A stretch of DNA of 64,000 nucleotides from Alphaproteobacteria bacterium (lineage in GTDB: Bacteria; Pseudomonadota; Alphaproteobacteria; SP197): assembly GCA_964291265.2 (NCBI GenBank), contig OZ219747.1:3520001-3584000 (forward strand). Reading direction: 5' to 3'. A program made the translations under genes and the position numbers. Shown one piece after another: positions 8,782 through 18,919 of the stretch; position 1 is the first letter of the stretch, and each line of letters starts with the position of its first letter. The notes under the pieces were generated by a model. That model saw only the letters and a list, made by a program, of their open reading frames with translations. It made no database searches and was not told where the DNA came from.

Positions 8782-10551
8782 TCAGCGCATGACCTCCCTG
8801 GGTTCGACACCAACTAGACGCAGGCCACGGGCAATCACCTGCCGTGTTGCCGCACCGAGCGCAAGTCTGGCGCGTGTCAGTTCCGTGTCACCATCCACAA
8901 CAAACCGCAGGCAGGGGTCATCCCTGCCCGTGTTCCACAGTGCGTGAAACTCACCGGCAAGCGTGCTGAGCCAGGCGACGACGCGATGGGGTTCGTGAGC
9001 GGCAGCGGCGGCATCGATGACGGCCGGCCAGCCGGCGAGGGTCCTGATGAGGGCGATCTCGCGGGGCGCGGTGAGGCGGACGAGTGGCGCACCGGCGAGT
9101 CCGGACGAGTCGATCCCGGCCTCCTCGGCCTTGCGCAGGACCGAGCAGATGCGTGCGTGGGCATACTGGACATAGAACACTGGATTGTCCTTCGACTGTT
9201 CCAGCGCCTTCGCCGGATCGAAGTCAAGGGGCACATCGTTGCGGCGTGTCACCATGATGAACCTCAACACGTCCTTGCCAACCGATTCGACGACCTCGCG
9301 CATGGTGACGTAGCGACCGGCCCGTTTCGACATTCTCGCCAGCCGGTCCTTGCCGGTGAAGCGCACGAGCTGGGTCAGCAGGATGTCGAAGGAAGCCCGA
9401 CCATCCGAGAGCGCTGCCACCGCGGCCTTGAGCCGCTTGACGTAGCCGGCATGATCGGCCCCGAAGACATTGATGATGAGATCGAATCCTCTCTCGACCT
9501 TGTCGTTGTGATAGGCGATGTCCGGGGCGAAGTAGCTCCAGGAGCCATCGGACTTCCTGAGCGGCCGATCAAGATCGTCGCCAAAGCGCGTGGAGCGGAA
9601 CAGGGTCTGCGGCGCAGGCTCCCAATCCTCGGGCTCCCTGCCCTTCGGCCGCTCCAGCACGCCGGTGTAGATGAGGCCACGGGCATCGAGCTTCTCCAGA
9701 CACTTCTCGATCCCACCGGACTCCATCATGGCGCGCTCCGAGCTGAACACTTCCTGATGAATCCCCGCCAGAGCAAGATCGTGGCGAACGATGTCCATCA
9801 TCCTTTCGATGACGAAGAAGCGGACTTCGACGAGAGGTTCCGGCAACGGCAGGCTGCCAGGCCGGCGATCGCCGATGGCCTCCTTCAAGGTCGTTCCGTA
9901 CTTGTCGGCGAGAGCCCTGCCCGTCTCGACGAGGTAGTCGCCAGGGTAGAGCGACTCCAGGACCGTTGCGTCCGCGGATTCACCGAGCGCCTCAAGGTAC
10001 CGGACATAGGCGGACCAGGCGAGGACATCGACCTGGGTTCCGGCATCGTTGATATAGTACTCCCTCGTCACCCTCCAGCCGACGGCCTCGAGCAGGGAAG
10101 CCAGGACATCGCCAATCACGGCGCCGCGCGCCGTCCCCACATGAAGTGGTCCGGTGGGATTGGCTGACACGTACTCGACGCAGGCCTTGCGACCCCGGCC
10201 GCGGTCCGCCAGCAGGGCGTCGGGACCATGGGCAAGAAGACGCTCCAGCCACGTGTGCCAGAAGCTGTCGCGAAGCGTGATGTTGATGAAGCCCGGGCCG
10301 GCGCTGACGGCCGTCGCCACGTCGGGATCCCGGCGCAGTTCGCTGGCGATCAGGTCCGCGATCTGGCGTGGCGCCATGCCGTTCGCCCCGGCCAGCACGA
10401 GAGCGGCGTTGCTCGCAAGGTCACCGTGAGCAGCCTGGCGTGGTCCGGACACCTGGATGCGATCGACTGCACCACCGGCAACGACCCCGTTCCTCTCAAG
10501 CACCTCCACGACAGTGCGGATGCGCGAGGTAAACTCTTCGTGGACATTCAT
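8782..10551 (-). CDS. argS: Arginine--tRNA ligase
   Basis: VEYVSANPTGPLHVG, GADHAGY, MSKRAG, YVQYAHAR. Confidence 0.97.
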   Translation of the reverse strand: MNVHEEFTSRIRTVVEVLERNGVVAGGAVDRIQVSGPRQAAHGDLASNAALVLAGANGMAPRQIADLIASELRRDPDVATAVSAGPGFINITLRDSFWHTWLERLLAHGPDALLADRGRGRKACVEYVSANPTGPLHVGTARGAVIGDVLASLLEAVGWRVTREYYINDAGTQVDVLAWSAYVRYLEALGESADATVLESLYPGDYLVETGRALADKYGTTLKEAIGDRRPGSLPLPEPLVEVRFFVIERMMDIVRHDLALAGIHQEVFSSERAMMESGGIEKCLEKLDARGLIYTGVLERPKGREPEDWEPAPQTLFRSTRFGDDLDRPLRKSDGSWSYFAPDIAYHNDKVERGFDLIINVFGADHAGYVKRLKAAVAALSDGRASFDILLTQLVRFTGKDRLARMSKRAGRYVTMREVVESVGKDVLRFIMVTRRNDVPLDFDPAKALEQSKDNPVFYVQYAHARICSVLRKAEEAGIDSSGLAGAPLVRLTAPREIALIRTLAGWPAVIDAAAAAHEPHRVVAWLSTLAGEFHALWNTGRDDPCLRFVVDGDTELTRARLALGAATRQVIARGLRLVGVEPREVMR

Positions 10552-11693
10552 GGTTCTTGGCGTACCAGGCGTTGATGTTCCCTGCGGGCGAAGCGATCAG
10601 TCATACCGGCAAGGTAGTCGGCGGCAAGGCGCACGCGGTCTGCTTCGTCACACCCGTCCAGATGTTCCTTCCATTCGACCGGGAGGAGTCGTGGATCGTC
10701 GCGGAAGGCGGAGAACAGGTCGCCGAGTATGGTTCCGGCCTCCCTGGTCTGCCCCTGCAACCGTTCGTGGCAGTACATATTGGCGAAGAGCCACACCTTC
10801 AAGCCCGCCGCCGATTCTGCGAAGGTCTCGCTGAAACCGATGACCGGTGCGTCGTGCCAGCGGACATCATCGGCCGACAGCGGGTGCACTCTGGCCAGGG
10901 TCGCGCGCGACGTCTCGATCAAGTCCCGGACCTGGGCATCGATGATCTTTCTCATGGTTTCGTGGATCTTGCGTTCCAGGGGCGCATCGGGCCAGCATTC
11001 CCCGACCTCCTGGATGGCCGCTGATGCAACCGGCACGTCGGCGAGATCGTCCAATGCGAAGAGGCCCATTCTCAGGCCATCGTCGAGATCATGGCCGTTG
11101 TAGGCAATGTCGTCGGCCAGCGAGGCGACCTGGGCCTCCGCGCCGGGGAACGAATCGACCTCGAGATCCTGCACGAGGTTGTAGTGCGCGATAGCCGGCG
11201 GCACCGCTGACAGCAGGGGACCGTTGTGCTTGACCACGCCTTCAAGAGTCTCCCAGGTCAGGTTGAGGCCGTCGAAGGCCGCGTAGGGAGATTCCAGCCG
11301 CGTGAGGATGCGGAAGGTCTGGATGTTGTGGCTGAAGCCGCCCCACCGCGTCATCGCTTCATCGAGAACCTTCTCGCCGATGTGACCGAACGGGGTGTGA
11401 CCGAGATCATGGGCCAGCGCGATCGCCTCGGTCAGGTCCTCGTCGAGAGACAGACTGCGCGCGACGGTCCGGGCTATCTGCGCCACCTCGAGGGAATGGG
11501 TCATGCGGGTGCGGTGGTGGTCGCCGTGAACCGTGGCGAAAACCTGCGTCTTGTGCATCAGACGGCGGAAGGCCCTGCTGTGAAGGATGCGGTCACGGTC
11601 TCTCTGGTACTCGCTGCGATAGCAGGATGGCTGCTCGGCGTAGCGGCGGCCACGGCTCGTCGTTGGGTGTGCGGCATAGGGTGCTGACATCAT
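10548..11693 (-). CDS. dgt: dGTP triphosphohydrolase
   Basis: RDRDRILHSRAFRRLMHKTQVF, RTRMTHSLEV, HDLGHTPFGH, DYLAGMTD. Confidence 0.95.
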   Translation of the reverse strand: MMSAPYAAHPTTSRGRRYAEQPSCYRSEYQRDRDRILHSRAFRRLMHKTQVFATVHGDHHRTRMTHSLEVAQIARTVARSLSLDEDLTEAIALAHDLGHTPFGHIGEKVLDEAMTRWGGFSHNIQTFRILTRLESPYAAFDGLNLTWETLEGVVKHNGPLLSAVPPAIAHYNLVQDLEVDSFPGAEAQVASLADDIAYNGHDLDDGLRMGLFALDDLADVPVASAAIQEVGECWPDAPLERKIHETMRKIIDAQVRDLIETSRATLARVHPLSADDVRWHDAPVIGFSETFAESAAGLKVWLFANMYCHERLQGQTREAGTILGDLFSAFRDDPRLLPVEWKEHLDGCDEADRVRLAADYLAGMTDRFARREHQRLVRQEP

Positions 11694-11783
11694 GGTGTCC
11701 CGTTGTTACCCCATCGCATGCAGGATTGACAGCAAGCGGCGGCGCCCTTACGTAGTGATGGTGAACCAGGCAGGAGGCGGACG

Positions 11784-12125
11784 ATGGGCGACACCCCTCT
11801 CCACGATGGCATCAACGTCTCCGAGGATGCTGCTGCCAGGATCAGCGACATCATGGCCGGAGAGGATGGCGGCCGCCTGCGGATCGTCGTGACCGGCGGC
11901 GGCTGTTCGGGGTTCCAGTACCACTTCACGGTCGACGAGGGTCCCGAGGAAGGTGATGTCGAGTACGGCGCGGACGATGCGCGGGTCGTGATCGACGATG
12001 TCTCCCTTCGATACCTTGCCGGCTCCACGCTGCAGTTCGTGAACAGTCTCGAGGGCAGCTACTTCACTCTCGACAACCCCAACGCCACGTCGTCGTGCGG
12101 CTGTGGCACGTCGTTCGCGATCTGA
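11784..12125 (+). CDS. erpA: Fe-S cluster insertion protein (HesB/IscA/ErpA)
   Basis: GGGCSGFQY, NPNATSSCGCGTSF. Confidence 0.92.
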   Translation: MGDTPLHDGINVSEDAAARISDIMAGEDGGRLRIVVTGGGCSGFQYHFTVDEGPEEGDVEYGADDARVVIDDVSLRYLAGSTLQFVNSLEGSYFTLDNPNATSSCGCGTSFAI

Positions 12126-12145
12126 CACGTCGGCCTTGCCGGCCC

Positions 12146-12919
12146 ATGAAGATCGCCACCTGGAATGTCAACTCGATCAGGGTACGGTTGCCCAATGTCC
12201 TGAAGTGGCTTGAGGCCCGGCAGCCGGATGTCGTCCTGTTGCAGGAGCTCAAGACCGTCACGGAGACCTTCCCGCACGATGCCGTCGGCGATCTCGGATA
12301 CAACTGCGCGGTGGCCGGTCAAAAGGCGCTGAACGGAGTCGCCGTCCTCTCCAAGTCTCCCATCGACATCGAGACGACCTGCCTCCCGGGTGATCCGGAT
12401 GACGCACAGGCACGTTACATGGAGGTCTTCACGTGCGGCCTCAGGGTTGCCTCGATCTATCTCCCCAACGGCAATCCTGCCCCGGGTGACAAGTTTGCCT
12501 ACAAACTGGCCTGGATGCGGCGCTTGGTCGACCATGCCCGCGGTCTCCTTGCCCACGAGGAGGCGGTCATTCTCGGTGGCGACTTCAATGTGTGCCCCAC
12601 CGACGACGATGTACACGACCCGGCTCTCTGGGAAGGCGATGCTCTCACCCGCGGCGAGTCGCGGGCGCTCTTTCGCGAACTCGTGTGGTCGGGCTACACG
12701 GAGGCCTATGCCGCATTGCACACCACGACGGCGGGCGCCTGGACGTTCTGGGACTACCAGGGGGGCGCCTGGCCCAAGGACCACGGTGTCAGAATCGACC
12801 ACTTTCTGCTCTCTCCCCATGCGGCGGACCGCCTGGTGGCGTGCGACATCGACCGTGCACCTCGCGCCTGGCCAAGGGCGTCGGACCACACGCCTGTCGT
12901 CTGCCAGCTCGATGCCTGA
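12146..12919 (+). CDS. xth: Exodeoxyribonuclease III
   Basis: MKIATWNVNSI, LQELK, YLPNG, GDFN, SDHTPV. Confidence 0.95.
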   Translation: MKIATWNVNSIRVRLPNVLKWLEARQPDVVLLQELKTVTETFPHDAVGDLGYNCAVAGQKALNGVAVLSKSPIDIETTCLPGDPDDAQARYMEVFTCGLRVASIYLPNGNPAPGDKFAYKLAWMRRLVDHARGLLAHEEAVILGGDFNVCPTDDDVHDPALWEGDALTRGESRALFRELVWSGYTEAYAALHTTTAGAWTFWDYQGGAWPKDHGVRIDHFLLSPHAADRLVACDIDRAPRAWPRASDHTPVVCQLDA

Positions 12920-13697
12920 TCACGCCTCGACGCAGCTCTTCTCGCCTGGCAGCCAAAGGAAGGGACGCCATGCCAGGGGGCGCCTCGGCTTCGTCCTTCT
13001 CAACACCGAAGAGACGGCAGACGACGACATCCGGGCGATGGCGCCCCCGGATGTCGGCGTCTTCTGCACCAGGGTGCGGCTTGCCGATCCCGTGACCGTG
13101 CAGAACCTGGCTGCGGTTGCCGGAGACCTGGGCGACGCAGCCCGCCTGCTCCCCGAAAACCTCGACGCCATCGCCTATGTGTGCACGTCCGGCAGTATCG
13201 CCGCGGGAGAGGCTGCTGTGGAGCGCGCCATAAGGGGCGTCCAGCCGGAGACCAGTCCCGTGGCGCTCGTCACATGTGTCGTCGAGGCCCTGCGCCATCT
13301 CGGGATCACCCGGGTGGCCCTGGGCACGCCCTATCTCGACGAGGTCAACCGCATGGAGGCCAGGTTCCTCGAAGGCCGCGGATTCGACATCTGTTCGATG
13401 CGTGGACTTGGCATTGCCCGGGGCCGGGACATGGCACGGGTCGAGCCCCGCGACATCGTGCGCCTCGCCCTCGACGTCTGCACGCGCGATTGTGACGGAA
13501 TCTTCCTGTCGTGCACCGCCCTGCGCGCCGTCGAGGTCGTGGACGCCATCGAGGAACGGACCGGCCGACCGGTGGTGACCAGCAATCAGGCGCTCGTCTG
13601 GCGCATGCTGCGCCAGATCGGGGTCCATGATGCAGGAGCCGGGCCCGGCACGCTGTTCCGCCAGCGGGCGCCTGTCGACATGTCGCGTGCGCGTTGA
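12912..13697 (+). CDS. Maleate isomerase / Asp-Glu racemase family protein (EutA/AMDase-like)
   Basis: YVCTSGS, TPY..EVN, FLSCTAL, PVVTSNQA (two-Cys active site). Confidence 0.85.
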   Translation: MPDHASTQLFSPGSQRKGRHARGRLGFVLLNTEETADDDIRAMAPPDVGVFCTRVRLADPVTVQNLAAVAGDLGDAARLLPENLDAIAYVCTSGSIAAGEAAVERAIRGVQPETSPVALVTCVVEALRHLGITRVALGTPYLDEVNRMEARFLEGRGFDICSMRGLGIARGRDMARVEPRDIVRLALDVCTRDCDGIFLSCTALRAVEVVDAIEERTGRPVVTSNQALVWRMLRQIGVHDAGAGPGTLFRQRAPVDMSRAR

Positions 13698-13758
13698 TTG
13701 ACTTGCATGTTGTCAGTCCACACACTCCCGCCCCCTTCCACTGCGAGACGGGTGGCGG

Positions 13759-16700
13759 ATGATTTCTCAGGCCTGGTCCGGACTGGCGGCGCCGCAGCCG
13801 GTTCCCGAGAGCGTCGAACTTCTCTGGCAGAGATGGCAGGCGGCAGCCGGACGGATTCGCGACCAGGAGTTGAGGGCATGGGCCCTCGACCTGCGCCCCG
13901 CCGGCGAAGGGATCCTTGATCCCGTCTTCCGCCACAGCCCCTACCTGTCACGCTGTGTGACAAGCGATCCCGAATTCGCCATGACGCTGATCGGCGACGG
14001 CCCGGACGCCGCCTTCGACCAGACCATCGCCATGGCGCAACCGGACATCGAAGGGGAAACCGAAAAGGACCTCATGGCCCGCCTGAGGCGCGCCAAGCGG
14101 CGCGCCCATCTCGCCGCCGGTCTCGCCGATGTCTCCGCCCTCTGGCCTCTCGAGCGGGTCACGGGAAACCTCTCGCAATTCGCTGAAACCGCCCTCAGGA
14201 CGGCCTGCCGACATCTCCTGCGCGCACTTCACGCAAGGGAGAGGCTCGCCCTCGCCGACCCCATGGATGCGGAAGCAGCGTGCGGACTCTTCGTTCTCGG
14301 CATGGGCAAGCTCGGAGCCGGAGAACTCAACTACTCCAGCGATATCGATCTCATCATTCTCTTTGATCCTGACATCGTGCCCACGACCGGGGCCGAGGAT
14401 CTGCAAAGGACCATGACACGTTTTGCCCAGGGGCTGACGCGAATCATCGATGCCCAGACGGCCGATGGATATGTCTTCCGCACGGACCTGAGGCTGCGCC
14501 CCGACCCGTCGTCGACGCCTCCGGCCATCTCCACTGTCTCCGCCGGAACCTATTACCGTGAATCGGCGCGCAACTGGGAACGCGCGGCCATGATCAAGGC
14601 GCGTACCGTGGCGGGCGACACGGCAAGGGGCGAGGTCTTTCTCGAGGCCCTGCAGCCCTTCATCTGGAGACGCCATCTTGATTTCGCGGCCATGCAGGAT
14701 ATCCGGACCATCAAGCAGCAGATCGACTCGTCGCGTTCACGTGACGGTGGAACGTTCATGGGACGCAATGTCAAGCTCGGCGGCGGCGGTATTCGCGAGA
14801 TCGAATTCTACGTCCAGGCCCAACAGTTGATCTGGGGTGGACGCGAACCCGCCCTGCGAACCAGGGGGAGCTGCGAGACGCTCGATATCCTCGTTGCAGG
14901 CGGGCACGTGAGCCACGGCGCAGCCATCGAGCTGAAGGATGCGTACCGTTTTCTGCGCACCCTCGAGCACCGGCTGCAGATGGTCGACGACCGTCAGACC
15001 CACAGTCTTCCCGGGACCGCGGAAGGCATCGCCAACATCGCGGCGTTCTCGGGATTTGCCGACGCCGAAACACTGGAGCGCTCGTTCATCGACGCCGTGG
15101 CCGTCGTGGAACGGCACTACGCCGACCTCTTTGCGGAAAGGGCGCAGAGCGTCAGGCAGCAACCGATGGATTTCACCGCGGATGCGGTGGATGACACGAC
15201 GTGCAGGAGCCTCGCGATGCTGGGCTACCGGGAACCCGAAAGCGCCGCCGCCACCGTCCTGGCGTGGAAGACGGAACCCTATCCGGCGCTGCGGGCTCCG
15301 CGGTCCACCGAACACCTGATGCGCGTTGCTCCTGCTGCACTCGCCGCCTTCTCCGGATTGCGCGACTGCGACGGCGTGCTGATGAAATTCGACGAGTTCC
15401 TGTCCCGCCTGCCCGCCGGCACATCCTTCTTTTCTCTCGTTGCGGCTCATCCTCACCTCCTGGAACTGCTTGGCGGGATCCTCGGGGTGGCGCCGTACCT
15501 GTCACGCTGGCTGACCCGCAACCCGTCGCTTCTGGACAGTGTTCTGGCCCGCGAGTTCACCGATCTTTCCTTCGATGACCAGGATCTGGAGGCGGAGATT
15601 GCCGAAACCGCCCGCCGGGGTCTCGTGCGCCTGTTCTATACCCTCGAGCTCGACAGGGACGGGATGACGTCCCAGCTCGCCGAAGCCACTGGCAGGGCAA
15701 GGGACTTCCAGGACGTGCTTGACGAAGTCAGGCGCTGGGCGAATGACAAGGTCTTCCAGATCGGCGTGCACCTGCTCGAGGGCATGCTGACTCCCGTCGA
15801 GGCCGCCCGCCCCCTCTCCGACATCGCCGACGCCTGCATAGCCGCCCTGCTGCCCGTCGTCGAAGGGGAATTCGAGGCGGATCATGGCCGTGTTCCCGGA
15901 GGCGCCTTCGGGATCGTCGCCTTCGGAAAGCTCGGCAGCCGGGAGATGACGGTGAGTTCGGATCTCGATCTCATGTTTCTCTACGACCAGAGCGGCAGCG
16001 AGGAGCTATCGGATGGCCGCAAGCCGCTCCCGGCCACCCAGTACTATGCGCGCCTGTGCCGGCGCCTGATCACCGCCATCACGGCGCCAACCGGACAAGG
16101 CCGCCTCTATGACGTCGACATGAGACTGCGGCCCTCCGGCAAGTCCGGTCCCATCGCCTGTTCCCTCCGTTCCTTCGAGTCCTATCAGCACGAGAACGCT
16201 TGGACTTGGGAACACCAGGCCCTCACCAGGGCCCGTGTGGTCACCGCCGGCGAACACCTTGGCGACGACTTCGCAAGGGTGTGCCAGGAGGTTCTCACCC
16301 TGGAGCGCAGCCGGGAAGCTCTCGCCGGCGACGTCGTCGCCATGCGGAACCGCATTCGTGAGGAGAACCGATCCTGCGAGCAGACCATCAAGCACATGCC
16401 AGGGGGGCTTCTCGATGTCGAGTTCATCGCCCAGTACCTGGAACTCCTGCATGCCCGTGGCGCTCCGTCGATCCTTGCCGGCAACACCTGCGGAGTCTTC
16501 GAACGGGCCGGCGAGCTCTCCCTCGTCGCCGAGGAGGTCGCCGTCGAACTCGGCGAAACGACGACACTCTGGAACAATCTCCAGGGCATGGCGCGGCTGA
16601 CCGGGAACGAGCTGACTGTCGGCAGCCTGGCCGACACCGCTCTCATGGAGCGGCTCGGCGGGCAGCTTGTCTCCCACGCCCTCGTCGATTCCATCGATCA

Positions 16701-16761
16701 TGCGGCGAAACGGGCGCGACACCACTTCGAAACGATCCTCGGCATCGACCCAGGGACATGA
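13759..16761 (+). CDS. glnE: Bifunctional glutamine synthetase adenylyltransferase/deadenylylase
   Basis: Two nucleotidyltransferase modules: MGKLGAGELNYSSDIDL...DLRLRP and FGKLGSREMTVSSDLDL...DMRLRPSG. Confidence 0.95.
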   Translation: MISQAWSGLAAPQPVPESVELLWQRWQAAAGRIRDQELRAWALDLRPAGEGILDPVFRHSPYLSRCVTSDPEFAMTLIGDGPDAAFDQTIAMAQPDIEGETEKDLMARLRRAKRRAHLAAGLADVSALWPLERVTGNLSQFAETALRTACRHLLRALHARERLALADPMDAEAACGLFVLGMGKLGAGELNYSSDIDLIILFDPDIVPTTGAEDLQRTMTRFAQGLTRIIDAQTADGYVFRTDLRLRPDPSSTPPAISTVSAGTYYRESARNWERAAMIKARTVAGDTARGEVFLEALQPFIWRRHLDFAAMQDIRTIKQQIDSSRSRDGGTFMGRNVKLGGGGIREIEFYVQAQQLIWGGREPALRTRGSCETLDILVAGGHVSHGAAIELKDAYRFLRTLEHRLQMVDDRQTHSLPGTAEGIANIAAFSGFADAETLERSFIDAVAVVERHYADLFAERAQSVRQQPMDFTADAVDDTTCRSLAMLGYREPESAAATVLAWKTEPYPALRAPRSTEHLMRVAPAALAAFSGLRDCDGVLMKFDEFLSRLPAGTSFFSLVAAHPHLLELLGGILGVAPYLSRWLTRNPSLLDSVLAREFTDLSFDDQDLEAEIAETARRGLVRLFYTLELDRDGMTSQLAEATGRARDFQDVLDEVRRWANDKVFQIGVHLLEGMLTPVEAARPLSDIADACIAALLPVVEGEFEADHGRVPGGAFGIVAFGKLGSREMTVSSDLDLMFLYDQSGSEELSDGRKPLPATQYYARLCRRLITAITAPTGQGRLYDVDMRLRPSGKSGPIACSLRSFESYQHENAWTWEHQALTRARVVTAGEHLGDDFARVCQEVLTLERSREALAGDVVAMRNRIREENRSCEQTIKHMPGGLLDVEFIAQYLELLHARGAPSILAGNTCGVFERAGELSLVAEEVAVELGETTTLWNNLQGMARLTGNELTVGSLADTALMERLGGQLVSHALVDSIDHAAKRARHHFETILGIDPGT

Positions 16762-16947
16762 GCAGCAGGCTTGAACGGCGGATGGCGGCGTTCTAGGTTT
16801 CGGACCTGATCATCGGGAATGCCAGAGACTGTCGATCGGCAAGAAGGGCACGACATCCCCGATCGTCGCCCGGGGAACCATGCGGTTCCCTGAGGTGTAC
16901 GCCATTTACGCCATTTCAGCGCCAACAGGAGAAAGCGGGTCTCAACC

Positions 16948-17289
16948 ATGGAAGTCAGGACAGAGCAAGAGGACGATGTCCTTGTCACCATCGTCAATGG
17001 TCGCATTGACAGCGCCACCGTCAGCGAGTTCCAGCACCTGATGGAGAGGGCGATCACCGATGACATCAAGAGGGTCGTCGTCGACTTCGAGAATCTGAGC
17101 TACATCAACAGCGCCGGACTGAGGGCGGTTCTCGTGATCACCAAGAGTCTGTGGACGCGCAAGGCGAAGCTGGCGCTCCATTCGCTGCAGCCATCCATCC
17201 AGGAAGTCTTCTCCATTGCCGGATTCGACAAGATCATCCAGGTCTGCGCCAGCCGGGCCGAGGCACTTGACGCCACCCGGGAAGAGTAG
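16948..17289 (+). CDS. STAS anti-sigma-factor antagonist
   Basis: GRIDSAT, VVDFENLSYINSAGLR (phospho-acceptor Ser), VFSIAGF. Confidence 0.92.
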   Translation: MEVRTEQEDDVLVTIVNGRIDSATVSEFQHLMERAITDDIKRVVVDFENLSYINSAGLRAVLVITKSLWTRKAKLALHSLQPSIQEVFSIAGFDKIIQVCASRAEALDATREE

Positions 17290-17337
17290 GACCGCACCAC
17301 CCGTATTCCTCCGGCTCAACTTGATCATGGGCGCCAC

Positions 17338-18495
17338 ATGACCGAACCGCGCAAGATACTTGTCGTCGACGACGAACCGGACCTCGAACGCCTGATGCTG
17401 CAGAGGATGCGCCGGGAGGTCAGGCACGGCAAGTTTCGCTTCACGTTCGCCGGCAACGGTGTCGAAGCTCTCGAGGCTCTCAGCAAGGATCCCGAAATCG
17501 AGATGGTTCTCTCGGACATCAACATGCCCGAGATGGATGGCCTGACGCTGCTCGAGCAGATTCCCAAGGTGGACCCGAATATCCGTTCGGTGATTGTTTC
17601 GGCCTATGGCGACATGAAGAATATCCGCACCGCGATGAATCGCGGCGCCTTCGACTTCGTGACCAAGCCGCTGGACTTCGATGACCTGAGAGTGACCATC
17701 GACCGCACTCTTCGGCATCTCGAGATGCTCCGTGAAGCCCTGCAATCGCGCGACAAGCTCGTCGCCCTGGAGAATGAGCTCAGCGTCGGACGCGCGATGC
17801 AGCAGGCGATCCTCCCCACAAGCTTTCCGGAGACGCAGACCTATCAGGTCTTTGCCAACATGGAACCCGCCCGGGATGTCGGCGGAGACTTCTTCGACAT
17901 CCTCCATCTGCCTGACGATCGGATCGGACTGTCCATCGCGGATGTCTCGGGCAAGGGAGTTCCAGCCGCCCTTTTCATGATGTCGAGCCGTACCCTTCTC
18001 AAGGGCGCCGCGGTCGGCAGGACCTCGCCAAGCGACGTGTTGCAGGAAGTCAACGACCTGCTGAACGAGAACAACGAGACTTCGATGTTCGTGACGCTTT
18101 TCTTTGCCATCTTCGACCCCGCCTCGGGCCTGCTCACCTTTTCCAATGCAGGTCACAATCCGCCGATCATCATTCACCCCGATGGCAGCCACACGCAGTT
18201 CGGCACAACCGCTGGCGTGGCGCTCGGGATTGTGCCGGCAATGGAATACACGCAACAGCAGATCCGGCTGGAACCCGGTGACATGGCCGTCCTCTACACG
18301 GATGGCGTGACGGAGGCCGAAAACGAGGTCCAGGAACAGTTCGGTCTGGACCGCCTGACAACGCTGTTCGGCGAGTCGCCGCCGACGAGCGCCAGGGAAG
18401 CCAACAAGGCCGTGTTCGAGGCGGTCGAGGCCTTCTCGGGGAACGCTCCGCAGTTCGACGACATCACCTGCCTCACTCTCTACCGTTCGGGGTAA
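17338..18495 (+). CDS. Response regulator REC + PP2C/SpoIIE phosphatase
   Basis: ILVVDDE, SDINMPEMDG, VTKP; VGGDFFD, IADVSGKG, NAGHNPP, YTDGVTEA, DDIT. Confidence 0.93.
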   Translation: MTEPRKILVVDDEPDLERLMLQRMRREVRHGKFRFTFAGNGVEALEALSKDPEIEMVLSDINMPEMDGLTLLEQIPKVDPNIRSVIVSAYGDMKNIRTAMNRGAFDFVTKPLDFDDLRVTIDRTLRHLEMLREALQSRDKLVALENELSVGRAMQQAILPTSFPETQTYQVFANMEPARDVGGDFFDILHLPDDRIGLSIADVSGKGVPAALFMMSSRTLLKGAAVGRTSPSDVLQEVNDLLNENNETSMFVTLFFAIFDPASGLLTFSNAGHNPPIIIHPDGSHTQFGTTAGVALGIVPAMEYTQQQIRLEPGDMAVLYTDGVTEAENEVQEQFGLDRLTTLFGESPPTSAREANKAVFEAVEAFSGNAPQFDDITCLTLYRSG

Positions 18496-18499
18496 TGGG

Positions 18500-18919
18500 G
18501 TGACAGCCAGCACGACCCTGGTCATCAGAACGGCCATCGAGGAACTGCGGAAGATCGAGGCTGCCGTCGACGAGATGTCCGGCGCCGAGAGCTGGCAGCC
18601 GGACATCGAGTTCAAGATCAGGCTGGCCCTCGATGAACTGTGCACCAACGTGATCAACTACGCCCACCGCGACAGCCTCGATCACGACATGACGGTGACG
18701 ATCGAGTCCGATGACGACGAAGTGAGAGTCGAGATCATCGACGGCGGCGATCCCTTCAATCCCCTCGAGGATGCCCCGGAACCCGACACGGAATCGGCGT
18801 TGACGGACCGCGACATCGGCGGACTCGGCATCCATTTCGTCAAGACGCTCGTGGATGACGCCCGTTACTGGCGCAAGGACAACAGGAACCACCTCGCGCT
18901 CTCCAAACGGAGGAGATGA
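18500..18919 (+). CDS. RsbW-like anti-sigma factor / Ser kinase (HATPase_c)
   Basis: LALDELCTNVINYA, IIDGGDPFNP, GGLGIHFV. Confidence 0.92.
   Translation: MTASTTLVIRTAIEELRKIEAAVDEMSGAESWQPDIEFKIRLALDELCTNVINYAHRDSLDHDMTVTIESDDDEVRVEIIDGGDPFNPLEDAPEPDTESALTDRDIGGLGIHFVKTLVDDARYWRKDNRNHLALSKRRR

Noticed and set aside
12390-12911. N-terminal extension of the 435-aa ORF
   Set aside because: Alternative frame inside xth; the likely start is 12912
16942-18657. Long antisense ORFs (also 32575-34035, 50174-51856, 8944-10167)
   Set aside because: Shadow ORFs of GC-rich genes on the other strand, with no motifs
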